Position numbers and translations under genes: made by a program | Notes under the pieces: generated by a model | Databases searched by the model: none | Told to the model about the DNA's origin: nothing | Seen by the model: the letters and a program-made list of their open reading frames with translations, nothing else | Source of the DNA: Spirochaetia bacterium | GTDB lineage: Bacteria > Spirochaetota > Spirochaetia > DSM-2461 | NCBI GenBank assembly: GCA_963668315.1 | Contig: OY764216.1 | Span: 4,224,001-4,288,000 of the forward strand | Length of the DNA: 64,000 bases | Reading direction: 5' to 3' | Shown: one piece after another, positions 20,685 through 29,498 of the stretch | Numbering within the stretch: the stretch's first letter is position 1 | How the letters are laid out: the number at the start of each line of letters is the position of its first letter

Positions 20685-22583
20685 ATGAGTGAAGCCATCA
20701 AACACGAATGCGGGATAGCCATGATACGGCTCCTTAAACCGCTTGAATATTATCAGGAAAAGTACGGGACCTGGAATTACGGACTTCAAAAGCTCTATCT
20801 GCTTATGGAGAAACAGCATAACCGCGGACAGGACGGAGCCGGTGTGGCATCGGTGAAATTCGATGTTTCCCCGGGCAAGCGCTACTTCCACAGAAGCCGC
20901 TCGAACGGAGCCTCCCCTATCAAGGAAGTCTTCGACGATATCGCGAAGCGGCAGATGAGTGCGGGAACCTGTCCCGAAGGGGAGAACTGCGCCGAATGGG
21001 CCAAGGAGAATGTCGACTTTGCGGCGGAACTCTTCATGGGCCATCTGCGCTACGGCACCTTCGGGCGGAATAATATCGAGAACGTCCATCCGGTCATGCG
21101 GGAAAACAACTGGAACTCCCGTAACCTGGTGGTGGCGGGAAACTTTAACCTGACCAATGTGTCGGAGTTATTCTCCACCCTCATAGATCTGGGCCAGCAG
21201 CCCAACAATTACAACGATACGGTTACCATCCTGGAAAAAATCGGTCACTTCCTGGACCGGGAAAACCAGGCGGAATTCGATAAATACAAAAAACAGGGCA
21301 TGAACAACCGGGAAATTTCCCAGACCATCTATAAAACCCTGAATGTGGGGAAAATCCTGCAGGAGTCGTGCAAGCGGTGGGACGGGGGCTACGTGATCGG
21401 CGGTATGATCGGTCACGGCGATGCCTTCATCATGCGCGATCCCTGGGGCATACGGCCCTGCTACTACTATATCGATGACGAAGTGGTGGTGGCGGCCAGC
21501 GAGCGCCCGGTCATCCAGACGGTTATGAACGTCACCACGGGAGACATCAAAGAACTCGGTCCCGGCAAGGGATTAATCATCAAAAAGGACGGAAGAATCA
21601 GCCTGGAAGAGATCCGGGCGGCCCAGGAGAAGAGATCCTGTTCCTTTGAGAGAATCTACTTTTCCCGGGGAGGGGATGAGGCTATCTACCGGGAAAGAAA
21701 AATGCTCGGCGAATGCCTGGTTCCCGATATTCTCAAGAAAGTTGATTACGATATGGAGAACACGGTTTTCTCCTTTATTCCCAATACGGCGGAAGTCGCC
21801 TTTTTCGGTATGAACGAGGGTTTGGAAAAATTCCTCTACGAGCAGAAGAAAGCTCTCCTCCTGGATAAGGAGAATCCGATCAAGGAAAAACAGCTGGATA
21901 AGCTTTTAAAGCGCAAGCCCCGTGTTGAGAAGATCGCCATAAAGGATATCAAACTCCGCACCTTTATCTCCCAGGATGAAGGCCGGGACGATATGGTGGC
22001 CCACGTATACGATGTGACCTACGGCGTAATCCGCAAGGGTATCGACAATCTGGTCATCATTGACGATTCGATTGTCAGGGGAACCACCCTCAAGCAGAGC
22101 ATTCTGCGGATGCTGGACAGGCTGGGCCCCAAGAAAATCGTGGTCGTCTCCTCGGCGCCCCAGATCCGTTATCCCGACTGTTACGGGATAGACATGGCCC
22201 GTCTGGGTGATTTCGTCGCGTTCCAGGCGGCTATCTCCCTCCTCAAGGGGACGGGCAGACAGTCTGTCATTGATGATGTCTATCGCAAGTGCAAGGAGCA
22301 GGAGCATCTGCCCAAGGAAGAAGTCATCAACCACGTTAAGGAAATCTATGCTCCCTTTACGGACGAAGAGATTTCCGAACGGATCGGTGAACTTCTCAAG
22401 CCCGTGGACATGAAGGCCGAAGTGGAAATTCTCTATCAGAGCCTGGAAGGGCTTCACCGCGCCTGCCCCAATGATCTGGGTGACTGGTATTTCAGCGGAA
22501 ACTACCCCACCCCCGGGGGCAATAAAGTGGTTAATACGGCTTTTATTAACTACGTGGAAAAAAACAACAAAAGAGCCTATTGA
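20685..22583 (+). CDS. purF: Amidophosphoribosyltransferase (long form)
   Basis: Propeptide then ECGI, QHNRGQDGAG, GHLRYGT, RDPWGIRP, CSFERIYFSR, IIDDSIVRGTT, CYGIDM. Confidence 0.92.
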   Translation: MSEAIKHECGIAMIRLLKPLEYYQEKYGTWNYGLQKLYLLMEKQHNRGQDGAGVASVKFDVSPGKRYFHRSRSNGASPIKEVFDDIAKRQMSAGTCPEGENCAEWAKENVDFAAELFMGHLRYGTFGRNNIENVHPVMRENNWNSRNLVVAGNFNLTNVSELFSTLIDLGQQPNNYNDTVTILEKIGHFLDRENQAEFDKYKKQGMNNREISQTIYKTLNVGKILQESCKRWDGGYVIGGMIGHGDAFIMRDPWGIRPCYYYIDDEVVVAASERPVIQTVMNVTTGDIKELGPGKGLIIKKDGRISLEEIRAAQEKRSCSFERIYFSRGGDEAIYRERKMLGECLVPDILKKVDYDMENTVFSFIPNTAEVAFFGMNEGLEKFLYEQKKALLLDKENPIKEKQLDKLLKRKPRVEKIAIKDIKLRTFISQDEGRDDMVAHVYDVTYGVIRKGIDNLVIIDDSIVRGTTLKQSILRMLDRLGPKKIVVVSSAPQIRYPDCYGIDMARLGDFVAFQAAISLLKGTGRQSVIDDVYRKCKEQEHLPKEEVINHVKEIYAPFTDEEISERIGELLKPVDMKAEVEILYQSLEGLHRACPNDLGDWYFSGNYPTPGGNKVVNTAFINYVEKNNKRAY

Positions 22584-22667
22584 TTCCAGGCAAAACGGAC
22601 ATATCCTCTCAGTGGCGGGTATGTCCGGAATCGGGCATATAATTACTCAAAATAAGGACAGGACTAT

Positions 22668-24923
22668 ATGGTTGAATTATTCGATAAGAAGGTAGTGATT
22701 TCCAGAGGAAAGGAGATCAGGGAAAACGTACGGGGAAACCGGCAGGGCACGATGGCCGCAGCGATTCTGGCGGAACACAACGTATCCGACGATCCGGCTC
22801 TGATGAAAATCAAGTTCGACGCCCTGGCCTCCCATGATATTACCTATGTGGGAATCATCCAGACGGCCCGGGCTTCGGGACTCAGAAGATTCCCCATTCC
22901 CTACGTTCTGACCAACTGCCACAACTCCCTCTGCGCCGTGGGAGGAACCATCAACGAAGACGACCACAGATTCGGCCTTTCCGCCGCGGAGAAATACGGC
23001 GGGATATTCGTACCGGCCCATCAGGCGGTCATCCACCAGTATAACCGGGAAATGCTCGCCGGCTGCGGCAGGATGATCCTCGGGTCGGACAGCCATACCC
23101 GTTACGGCGCTCTGGGAACCATGGGCGTGGGCGAAGGCGGTCCGGAGCTGGTGAAACAACTTCTGGAAAGGACCTACGATGTGGCCACTCCCGAAGTCAT
23201 TGCCGTCTACCTGGAAGGCGCCCCCAAACCGGGGGTTGGTCCCATGGATGTGGCCCTGGCCATCGTGGGCAAGGTTTTCGCCTCGGGATTTGTCAAAAAC
23301 AAGGTCATGGAATTCGTGGGACCGGGAGTCACCGGCCTGAGCGTGGATTACCGGAACGGCATCGATGTCATGACCACGGAAACAACCTGTCTCAGCTCCC
23401 TATGGTCTACCGACGAAAAAGTCAGAGAGTGGTATGAAGTCCACGGGAGGGAAGGCGAATATAAAGAGCTGACTCCCGCCGAAGATGCCGAATACGACGG
23501 CCTGATCAAGGTCGATTTGAGCGCCGTTGAGCCCATGATCGCCATGCCTTTCCACCCCAGCAACGTCTTTACCGTCAGGGAAGTCGCCGCCGATCCCAAG
23601 CCCTTTCTGGAAGCGGTGGAAAAGTATTCCGTGGAAAACCTCGGCTATGCCAAGGGAGCCCTGGATCTTCTGCCCAAGGTAATCGACGGCAAGCTTCATG
23701 TAGACCAGGCCAGCATCGTAGGCTGCTCCGGCGGAACCTACGAGAACCTTATGGCCGCCGCCGATATCCTTAATAACAAGTATATCGGATCGGGCAGTTT
23801 TACCATGAGCGCCTACCCTTCGAGTCAGCCTGTCTATACCGGCTTGATCGAAGACGGCGCCATCGGTAAACTGATGAAAGCGGGCGTCGTCGTCCGTTCC
23901 GCCTTCTGCGGCCCCTGTTTCGGTGCGGGCGATACCCCCCGGAACAACGGCTTCAGCATCCGCCATGCCACACGGAACTTCCCCAACCGGGACGGTTCCA
24001 AGCCCGGCGACGGCCAGGCCGCCTGTGTAGCCCTGATGGACGCCCGCTCCATCGCCGCCACCGCCGCCAACGGGGGTATCCTGACTCCCGCCGACGAAGT
24101 CATGACCTCCGAACCGTCCTGTACCTATAAATACGACGGTTCCATCTACGATAACCGCTGTTACAACGGCTGGGGAAAAGCCAAGCCCGAATCGGAATTA
24201 ATCTACGGTCCCAATATCAAAGACTGGCCCCGGATGATCAGCCTCACGGATAACCTGCTTCTGAAAGTGGCCTCCTATATCACCGATCCGGTCACCACCA
24301 CCGATGAGCTCATACCTTCGGGGGAAACCTCCAGCTACCGGTCCAACCCCCTCCGCCTGGCCGAGTTTGCCCTGGGACGGAAAGATCCCGAATATGTGGG
24401 ACGGGCCAAGGATATCCAGAAAATGGAAAAGATCCGCATCAAATGGATTGATGGTAAAGCGGAATCCGATGAAAGTGAGGCCCTCATGGCCTATGCCAAA
24501 GAGCTCTACCCTTCCATGGATGAGTCTCTCCTGAAAACCTGTTCCCTCGGAAGCCTTATCTATGCGGTGAAACCCGGTGACGGCTCAGCCCGCGAGCAGG
24601 CGGCGTCGGTACAGAAAGTGCTCGGCGGCTGGGCGAATATAGCTCAGGATTACGCGACCAAACGATATCGCAGCAATGTCATCAACTGGGGAATGCTGCC
24701 CTTTATCATGAATAAGGACGATGCGGGGAAATTCACGGTTGATTCGGTCATCCTGATCAAAGGTATTCGTGATGCCGTTATCAGCGGAGCCGATTCCCTG
24801 AAGGCACAGATAGTCGGCGGCGAGGAAATTACCCTTAACATGCCCTCCTTTACCGAAGGGGAGCGAAGCATTGTGACCGAAGGGTGCCTGATCAATTTCT
24901 ATGCCAGTGAAAAGACTAAATAA
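22668..24923 (+). CDS. Aconitase-family hydratase (YbhJ-like)
   Basis: SHDITY, TNCHNSLCAVGG, GSDSHTR, GCSGG, FCGPCFG, TRNFPNR, TTDELIPSG, GDGSAREQA. Confidence 0.88.
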   Translation: MVELFDKKVVISRGKEIRENVRGNRQGTMAAAILAEHNVSDDPALMKIKFDALASHDITYVGIIQTARASGLRRFPIPYVLTNCHNSLCAVGGTINEDDHRFGLSAAEKYGGIFVPAHQAVIHQYNREMLAGCGRMILGSDSHTRYGALGTMGVGEGGPELVKQLLERTYDVATPEVIAVYLEGAPKPGVGPMDVALAIVGKVFASGFVKNKVMEFVGPGVTGLSVDYRNGIDVMTTETTCLSSLWSTDEKVREWYEVHGREGEYKELTPAEDAEYDGLIKVDLSAVEPMIAMPFHPSNVFTVREVAADPKPFLEAVEKYSVENLGYAKGALDLLPKVIDGKLHVDQASIVGCSGGTYENLMAAADILNNKYIGSGSFTMSAYPSSQPVYTGLIEDGAIGKLMKAGVVVRSAFCGPCFGAGDTPRNNGFSIRHATRNFPNRDGSKPGDGQAACVALMDARSIAATAANGGILTPADEVMTSEPSCTYKYDGSIYDNRCYNGWGKAKPESELIYGPNIKDWPRMISLTDNLLLKVASYITDPVTTTDELIPSGETSSYRSNPLRLAEFALGRKDPEYVGRAKDIQKMEKIRIKWIDGKAESDESEALMAYAKELYPSMDESLLKTCSLGSLIYAVKPGDGSAREQAASVQKVLGGWANIAQDYATKRYRSNVINWGMLPFIMNKDDAGKFTVDSVILIKGIRDAVISGADSLKAQIVGGEEITLNMPSFTEGERSIVTEGCLINFYASEKTK

Positions 24924-24955
24924 TGAAGAATTAAGAATGTAGAATTAAGAATTGG
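24921..24955. repeat. Short imperfect heptamer tandem repeat
   Basis: TAATGAA GAATTAA GAATGTA GAATTAA GAATTGG. Confidence 0.5.
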
Positions 24956-24963
24956 AGAAATAG

Positions 24964-25002
24964 AAAAACACGGAGCAGTCATTAATTCTCCGTGTTTTTT
25001 TT
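24964..25002. terminator. Probably bidirectional intrinsic terminator between convergent genes
   Basis: Stem AAAAACACGGAG (24964-24975) / CTCCGTGTTTTT (24988-24999) followed by a T-run. Confidence 0.8.
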
Positions 25003-25031
25003 ATTATAATTAAATTACTTTAAGACTAGTT

Positions 25032-25676
25032 TTAATACCAAACGTCTACCAGGACTTTCTCACCGATTTCCATAGCCTGCATATCGCGGAAGGTTTCCTT
25101 GACGATGCTGGCGTTGTTTTTACCGATGACAATCTGGTCGGTGGGTGTAATAAGGCGATAGTTAAAATTATACGTAGTCATGGACACTTTGGGAGTTATG
25201 ACGTTAGTTTTTTTGGAAGCCTCCACCATGATAATAATACTGGCCATGGTGGGATCATAGGTTTCCAGGACCTCATAATTCTCATCAAGATTTATATGAT
25301 CCCGGGCGTATTCAATCAGCTCCTGACTCAAAGAAGTAGTCAGTGCCTCGGAAGTTGTGGCCGAAGTCATTTCCTCCCCAAGGGGCATAAATTCCCAGTT
25401 CACAATGATCGGATCATAGGTTCTGCGCAGTTCGTTAAAGACAGTATAAATAGCCTCGGGCTGACCGGATTTCACCGTATTTCTCCCGATGGCATTGTAG
25501 ATATTCTGGTCCGGATAGGTCTCCACGATATTGATAACCGCAGGATCGTTTCTGTCGAGCTCCTCAGCCTGAATGACAGGTTCTTCCCGTATAAGCTGAG
25601 GTTCGGGTTTACCGGAAGCGAAAAGTGCCGCCGCTGAAATCAAAGCAAAGAAATAAACAATCAAAGACCTTTTCAT
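25032..25676 (-). CDS. Hypothetical exported protein
   Basis: Signal peptide MKRSLIVYFFALISAAALFASGKPE; no recognisable domain. Confidence 0.7.
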   Translation of the reverse strand: MKRSLIVYFFALISAAALFASGKPEPQLIREEPVIQAEELDRNDPAVINIVETYPDQNIYNAIGRNTVKSGQPEAIYTVFNELRRTYDPIIVNWEFMPLGEEMTSATTSEALTTSLSQELIEYARDHINLDENYEVLETYDPTMASIIIMVEASKKTNVITPKVSMTTYNFNYRLITPTDQIVIGKNNASIVKETFRDMQAMEIGEKVLVDVWY

Positions 25677-25709
25677 ACCTATCCTTATACAACTAATCAC
25701 CGGGACTGG

Positions 25710-26918
25710 TCAACTCTTCATGGCGAGGGGCTCGTAGTCCACCTCTTCTTCCCGGGAAATTTTTTTTTCCACTTTTTTCACGAGCTTCCCGTAGTGATGG
25801 GCCAGAAGAGCGAAGACAGTGGGAATGGTGCTCAGAAGAATTTTGATGTCGTTTATCAGGGAAAGATGGCGGGCATATTTAATATCCAGACGAACCATCT
25901 CCTTAAAAGTCAAATCATTCTTACCGCTTACCTGCCACAGTCCGGTCATTCCGGGAACCGTATCAAACCGGTGAGTATGCCAGCGAAGATACTCTTCCGC
26001 CTCATAGGGAATACAGGGACGGGGTCCGACAAGACTCATATCCCCTTTGAGTACATTCAGCAGCTGGGGAAGCTCATCGATACAGCTGTTGCGGAGAAAA
26101 CCGCCTCCCCTGATAATACGGGGATCGTTGGCATCGTCAAGCTTGATCATGGGCACGTTGCCGTCTTTGATAAAACTCTGGGCATGCTTCCCGTGGAGAG
26201 CTTCATTGTTGCTGCAGTGCATACTGCGGAACTTGTAGAATTTAAAGGTTTTTCCCTTATGCCCCACTCTGTCCTGGACAAAGAAAACCGGGCCGGGAGA
26301 AACGATTTTAATATAAAGAGCCGTCAGAATCAGAAGGGGCGACAAGATGAGCAGAATGAGAGAGGAAGCCGTAATATCAAGAGTCCTCTTCCAAAGAGGA
26401 ATCTTTCGAGCCACCCTCTCCCCTACTTCGTTAAACTGCTTATCCTTCTTCCAGGGCGTATAATCCAGATCCCCGTTGTCATACTTATGATTGAACCAGT
26501 TCGTCGGATAGGTATGGCATACCGTCGGATAATTGATGCCGGTATCCTTGAGCTGTCTCTTGATGCGGAATTCAATGCCTTCCGCCTCTTCGCTGTCTGT
26601 CAGAGGCATAATGACGGCTATGGACCGGGAACCGTACCAGCCGATATGATCAATAGATCTGAGATTGGGCTTTATAAGCTGAGTGATCATCCGAAGTTCC
26701 ACTTCATCCCGAATGGACCGGTTTCCTTCAAATATCAATAATGAAAAAGCCTCTCCCGTACGGTCGGAACGAATCCTCTCGTACTGAAGAAGTTCAAGAA
26801 AATCCTTATAAGGAATGATATGACGGAGATCGTCACTGCTATTATATTTTGCCTTATCCTTTACGATAGGATTAAACGTATTCAAATTACTCACGGAGCC
26901 TATCCTTCCTTCACACAA
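25710..26918 (-). CDS. Priming sugar transferase (Bac_transf, WcaJ/WbaP-type C-terminus) with N-terminal degenerate GGDEF-like domain
   Basis: KRTLDI, SPGPVFFVQDRVG, FYKFRSM, DPRI, DELPQLLNVLKGDMSLVGPRP, PGMTGLWQVSG; N-terminus ERIRSDRTGEAFSLL...LRSIDHIGWYGSRSIAVIMP. Confidence 0.9.
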   Translation of the reverse strand: MCEGRIGSVSNLNTFNPIVKDKAKYNSSDDLRHIIPYKDFLELLQYERIRSDRTGEAFSLLIFEGNRSIRDEVELRMITQLIKPNLRSIDHIGWYGSRSIAVIMPLTDSEEAEGIEFRIKRQLKDTGINYPTVCHTYPTNWFNHKYDNGDLDYTPWKKDKQFNEVGERVARKIPLWKRTLDITASSLILLILSPLLILTALYIKIVSPGPVFFVQDRVGHKGKTFKFYKFRSMHCSNNEALHGKHAQSFIKDGNVPMIKLDDANDPRIIRGGGFLRNSCIDELPQLLNVLKGDMSLVGPRPCIPYEAEEYLRWHTHRFDTVPGMTGLWQVSGKNDLTFKEMVRLDIKYARHLSLINDIKILLSTIPTVFALLAHHYGKLVKKVEKKISREEEVDYEPLAMKS

Positions 26919-27098
26919 AACACATATTCTCCATAAACTGCAACTTAACTATAAATATGCCACAATTTTCAATATAAAACCATAAATGAACGAGATAAAA
27001 TCGGATATTTCATGATTTTTTTCATAAATCAGCTGGATTAAGGAGAAATATAGCTCAAGTGTTGTTTTTTTTCCATTTTTAGGTATTCTATTATTAAC

Positions 27099-27776
27099 AT
27101 GAGATTATTATCTTTACCTATCCGATGCCTTAAAACAGCCATGACTCTTTTTTTGACTGTCGGATATATAATGTCCTGTACAACGAAAAACCCGGTACAG
27201 CCGGTAAAGGAGCCCGCTCCCATACGCTATGATAATCTCTTTTCCTACAAAGGAATATCCTTTTCCTACATTCCCCTTGACACGTCGTTTCTAGAAGATT
27301 TACACGGATTGGACAGTCGTTATTTTACTCAATCATCGGGACTTTTCCCACCCCGCCTACCCTGTGTAATTTCATTTAAAGCGACCGTACCCGATCATAC
27401 GGAACTTGTCTTGAAATACAGCGAGTCCTATCTGCAGGATGAAGTGGGTAACCGATTTTATTCACAGACAAGAAATGGATATTATGATCTGTGGAAAGAG
27501 AAAACACCTGCTTCTCTCCAATCAAAATTGAGCTGGCTTCTTGACCATAATCTCTATAAAGAGGTGCAATCCATTGCACCCGGACAGGAAAGGGAGGGCT
27601 ATTTTGTGTTTTTGATGAACCGTCCCAGAAGGGGAGATTTTACCCTCAACATCCCCTTGAAAATAGATAACGAGGAAGGCAGACTCACCCTTCCTCTGAC
27701 CTTGAACATCGACCGTTTAGAACCGGAAAATGGGGCGGAACCGGAAGGTCCGGCTTTTATTCCACAAATAGACTGA
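27099..27776 (+). CDS. Hypothetical lipoprotein
   Basis: Hydrophobic stretch ending IMSC (lipobox-like); start uncertain. Confidence 0.6.
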   Translation: MRLLSLPIRCLKTAMTLFLTVGYIMSCTTKNPVQPVKEPAPIRYDNLFSYKGISFSYIPLDTSFLEDLHGLDSRYFTQSSGLFPPRLPCVISFKATVPDHTELVLKYSESYLQDEVGNRFYSQTRNGYYDLWKEKTPASLQSKLSWLLDHNLYKEVQSIAPGQEREGYFVFLMNRPRRGDFTLNIPLKIDNEEGRLTLPLTLNIDRLEPENGAEPEGPAFIPQID

Positions 27777-27783
27777 GGTAATT

Positions 27784-29484
27784 ATGAAAAAAATCCTGAC
27801 AGCAGCGTTTCTCATCCTGTTCCTTTCCCTATTAACCGGCCAGACATCCGGCACCGATGAGAACCTGACGCCTGAGCAGAAGTACCTGCGGACCCGTCTG
27901 AATCCCCAGGGAACGGGAGCGGGAATTTCCATGGAGTATTCCGTTACGGGAAGCGCCCGTCTGGATTACGGAACCCAGTTTGACGACGGTGCTGATGATT
28001 TCGCCCAGGGATTCGAAACCACCATCGATTCCTCCCTGGACATCAGTTTTACCTTCCGCCCGGACAGCTTTACAGCCAGTCCCCGCCAATCCTACTTAAG
28101 AAGGGGACTCTATGCCGAGATTATCCTGACCGACTTCGGGGTGGTGATTTCCAACGATGCGGGTATCAATTTTTGGGATAATTATGAGATCATCGACAAC
28201 GAGGGCAACGTCTATGTTCCCAGCCAGTCCGCCGATACCAGAACGGTTCTGGACAATGCCGATGAGGAGGACGAGCTGACCTATGACTCCACCATGCTCT
28301 ATACGGGCGTGCAGGTGACGGCACCGACGGTGGAGGCGAATATCCACCTGAATCCGAATGTCTACTTTCAGATAGCCAGCCAGCCCGAACTGGACCATAA
28401 CCTTTCCACCACCCTGGGCGGCCAGGGGGAATGGGCCGGTGCGGAAACGGAAAATTCCGGCGGTCTGAGTTTCATCCTCGACTACCCTCTCTTCAACCTC
28501 AAAGCCTCAGTCGTGTCCCAGCACTACTACGACTACTCCAGCACCACCGACTCAACCCGCCAGAATGATGAATTCGGGGGAACCCTCACCGCGTCCTACG
28601 AGATACGCGACAATCTCCTTTTTCAGGGATACGGCGGCTACATCAACTTCTATACCGCTTCCAACGACGACGATTTCTATTTTGCCACGGGACGAACAGG
28701 CTCCACGGCGGATGCCATGGCCCTGGGAGGAGCCAGCCTGACCTATAATCTTTTCGAGCTGGCCGAGTTCGGTATTTACGGGGATTTTGCTTATGTCTCC
28801 GGCGGTAAATACAACAGAGGAACGGCTACAACTGACAGTGATGGAGATGGATACTATGAAGATGGAACTTATGTAGACATAAACGGCTTTCTTTACGATG
28901 TCCGAATGGACCTGCCCTTGCCTTTCGCCTTTGACAGGGGTCTCTTCACCTTTTCTGTGGATACCTATAATTACTCCTATCGGGATCAAATTTTCACCGA
29001 TGATGAGAAAAATACTGAGTTCCCCCTGGATCTGCAGCTGGGTTTCACCTATATGGAGGAACGATGGCAGGTTCAGAGCGCCATACAGGCCTTCAATATA
29101 CTGGATGCCACGAACAGTTATGAAAATTACCTCCTCGATGATCATCAGGAACTGGCTTTCCTCTTTTCGGGACAATATACCTTCGGGAATCCCTCCCGTC
29201 TGGCAGTCACCCCCGGTCTGGATATGATCGTCTCCCTGGGAAGGCTGATGACAGAAGGATGGTACTATTCAGCAATCGGTGATACGGGGACTTACATTGA
29301 TGACTGGAAGGACGATTACCTAAGCCTGGAAGCCTCGGTGGCCCTGGAGTTTCCCCAGACGGTGATTACTATCAGCTACGCTTCCCTGCAGCTGCTGCCG
29401 GGACAGGGAAATTCTCCGGAAGGAAGCGATTATACGGGAATCGATACGGGGGTGATGACGGTGTCCACGGTGATTAGTTACTGA
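27784..29484 (+). CDS. Outer-membrane beta-barrel protein, Msp/MOSP-like
   Basis: Signal peptide; SVTGSARLDYG...GFET and YAEI segments reminiscent of spirochaete major outer sheath protein; alternating aromatic beta-strands; C-terminal aromatic residue (VISY). Confidence 0.55.
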   Translation: MKKILTAAFLILFLSLLTGQTSGTDENLTPEQKYLRTRLNPQGTGAGISMEYSVTGSARLDYGTQFDDGADDFAQGFETTIDSSLDISFTFRPDSFTASPRQSYLRRGLYAEIILTDFGVVISNDAGINFWDNYEIIDNEGNVYVPSQSADTRTVLDNADEEDELTYDSTMLYTGVQVTAPTVEANIHLNPNVYFQIASQPELDHNLSTTLGGQGEWAGAETENSGGLSFILDYPLFNLKASVVSQHYYDYSSTTDSTRQNDEFGGTLTASYEIRDNLLFQGYGGYINFYTASNDDDFYFATGRTGSTADAMALGGASLTYNLFELAEFGIYGDFAYVSGGKYNRGTATTDSDGDGYYEDGTYVDINGFLYDVRMDLPLPFAFDRGLFTFSVDTYNYSYRDQIFTDDEKNTEFPLDLQLGFTYMEERWQVQSAIQAFNILDATNSYENYLLDDHQELAFLFSGQYTFGNPSRLAVTPGLDMIVSLGRLMTEGWYYSAIGDTGTYIDDWKDDYLSLEASVALEFPQTVITISYASLQLLPGQGNSPEGSDYTGIDTGVMTVSTVISY

Positions 29485-29498
29485 CGGAAGCCCTTCGG

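Noticed and set aside
24921..24955. Heptamer repeats as CRISPR or phase-variable tract
   Set aside because: Only five imperfect 7-mers, no spacers, located after a stop codon
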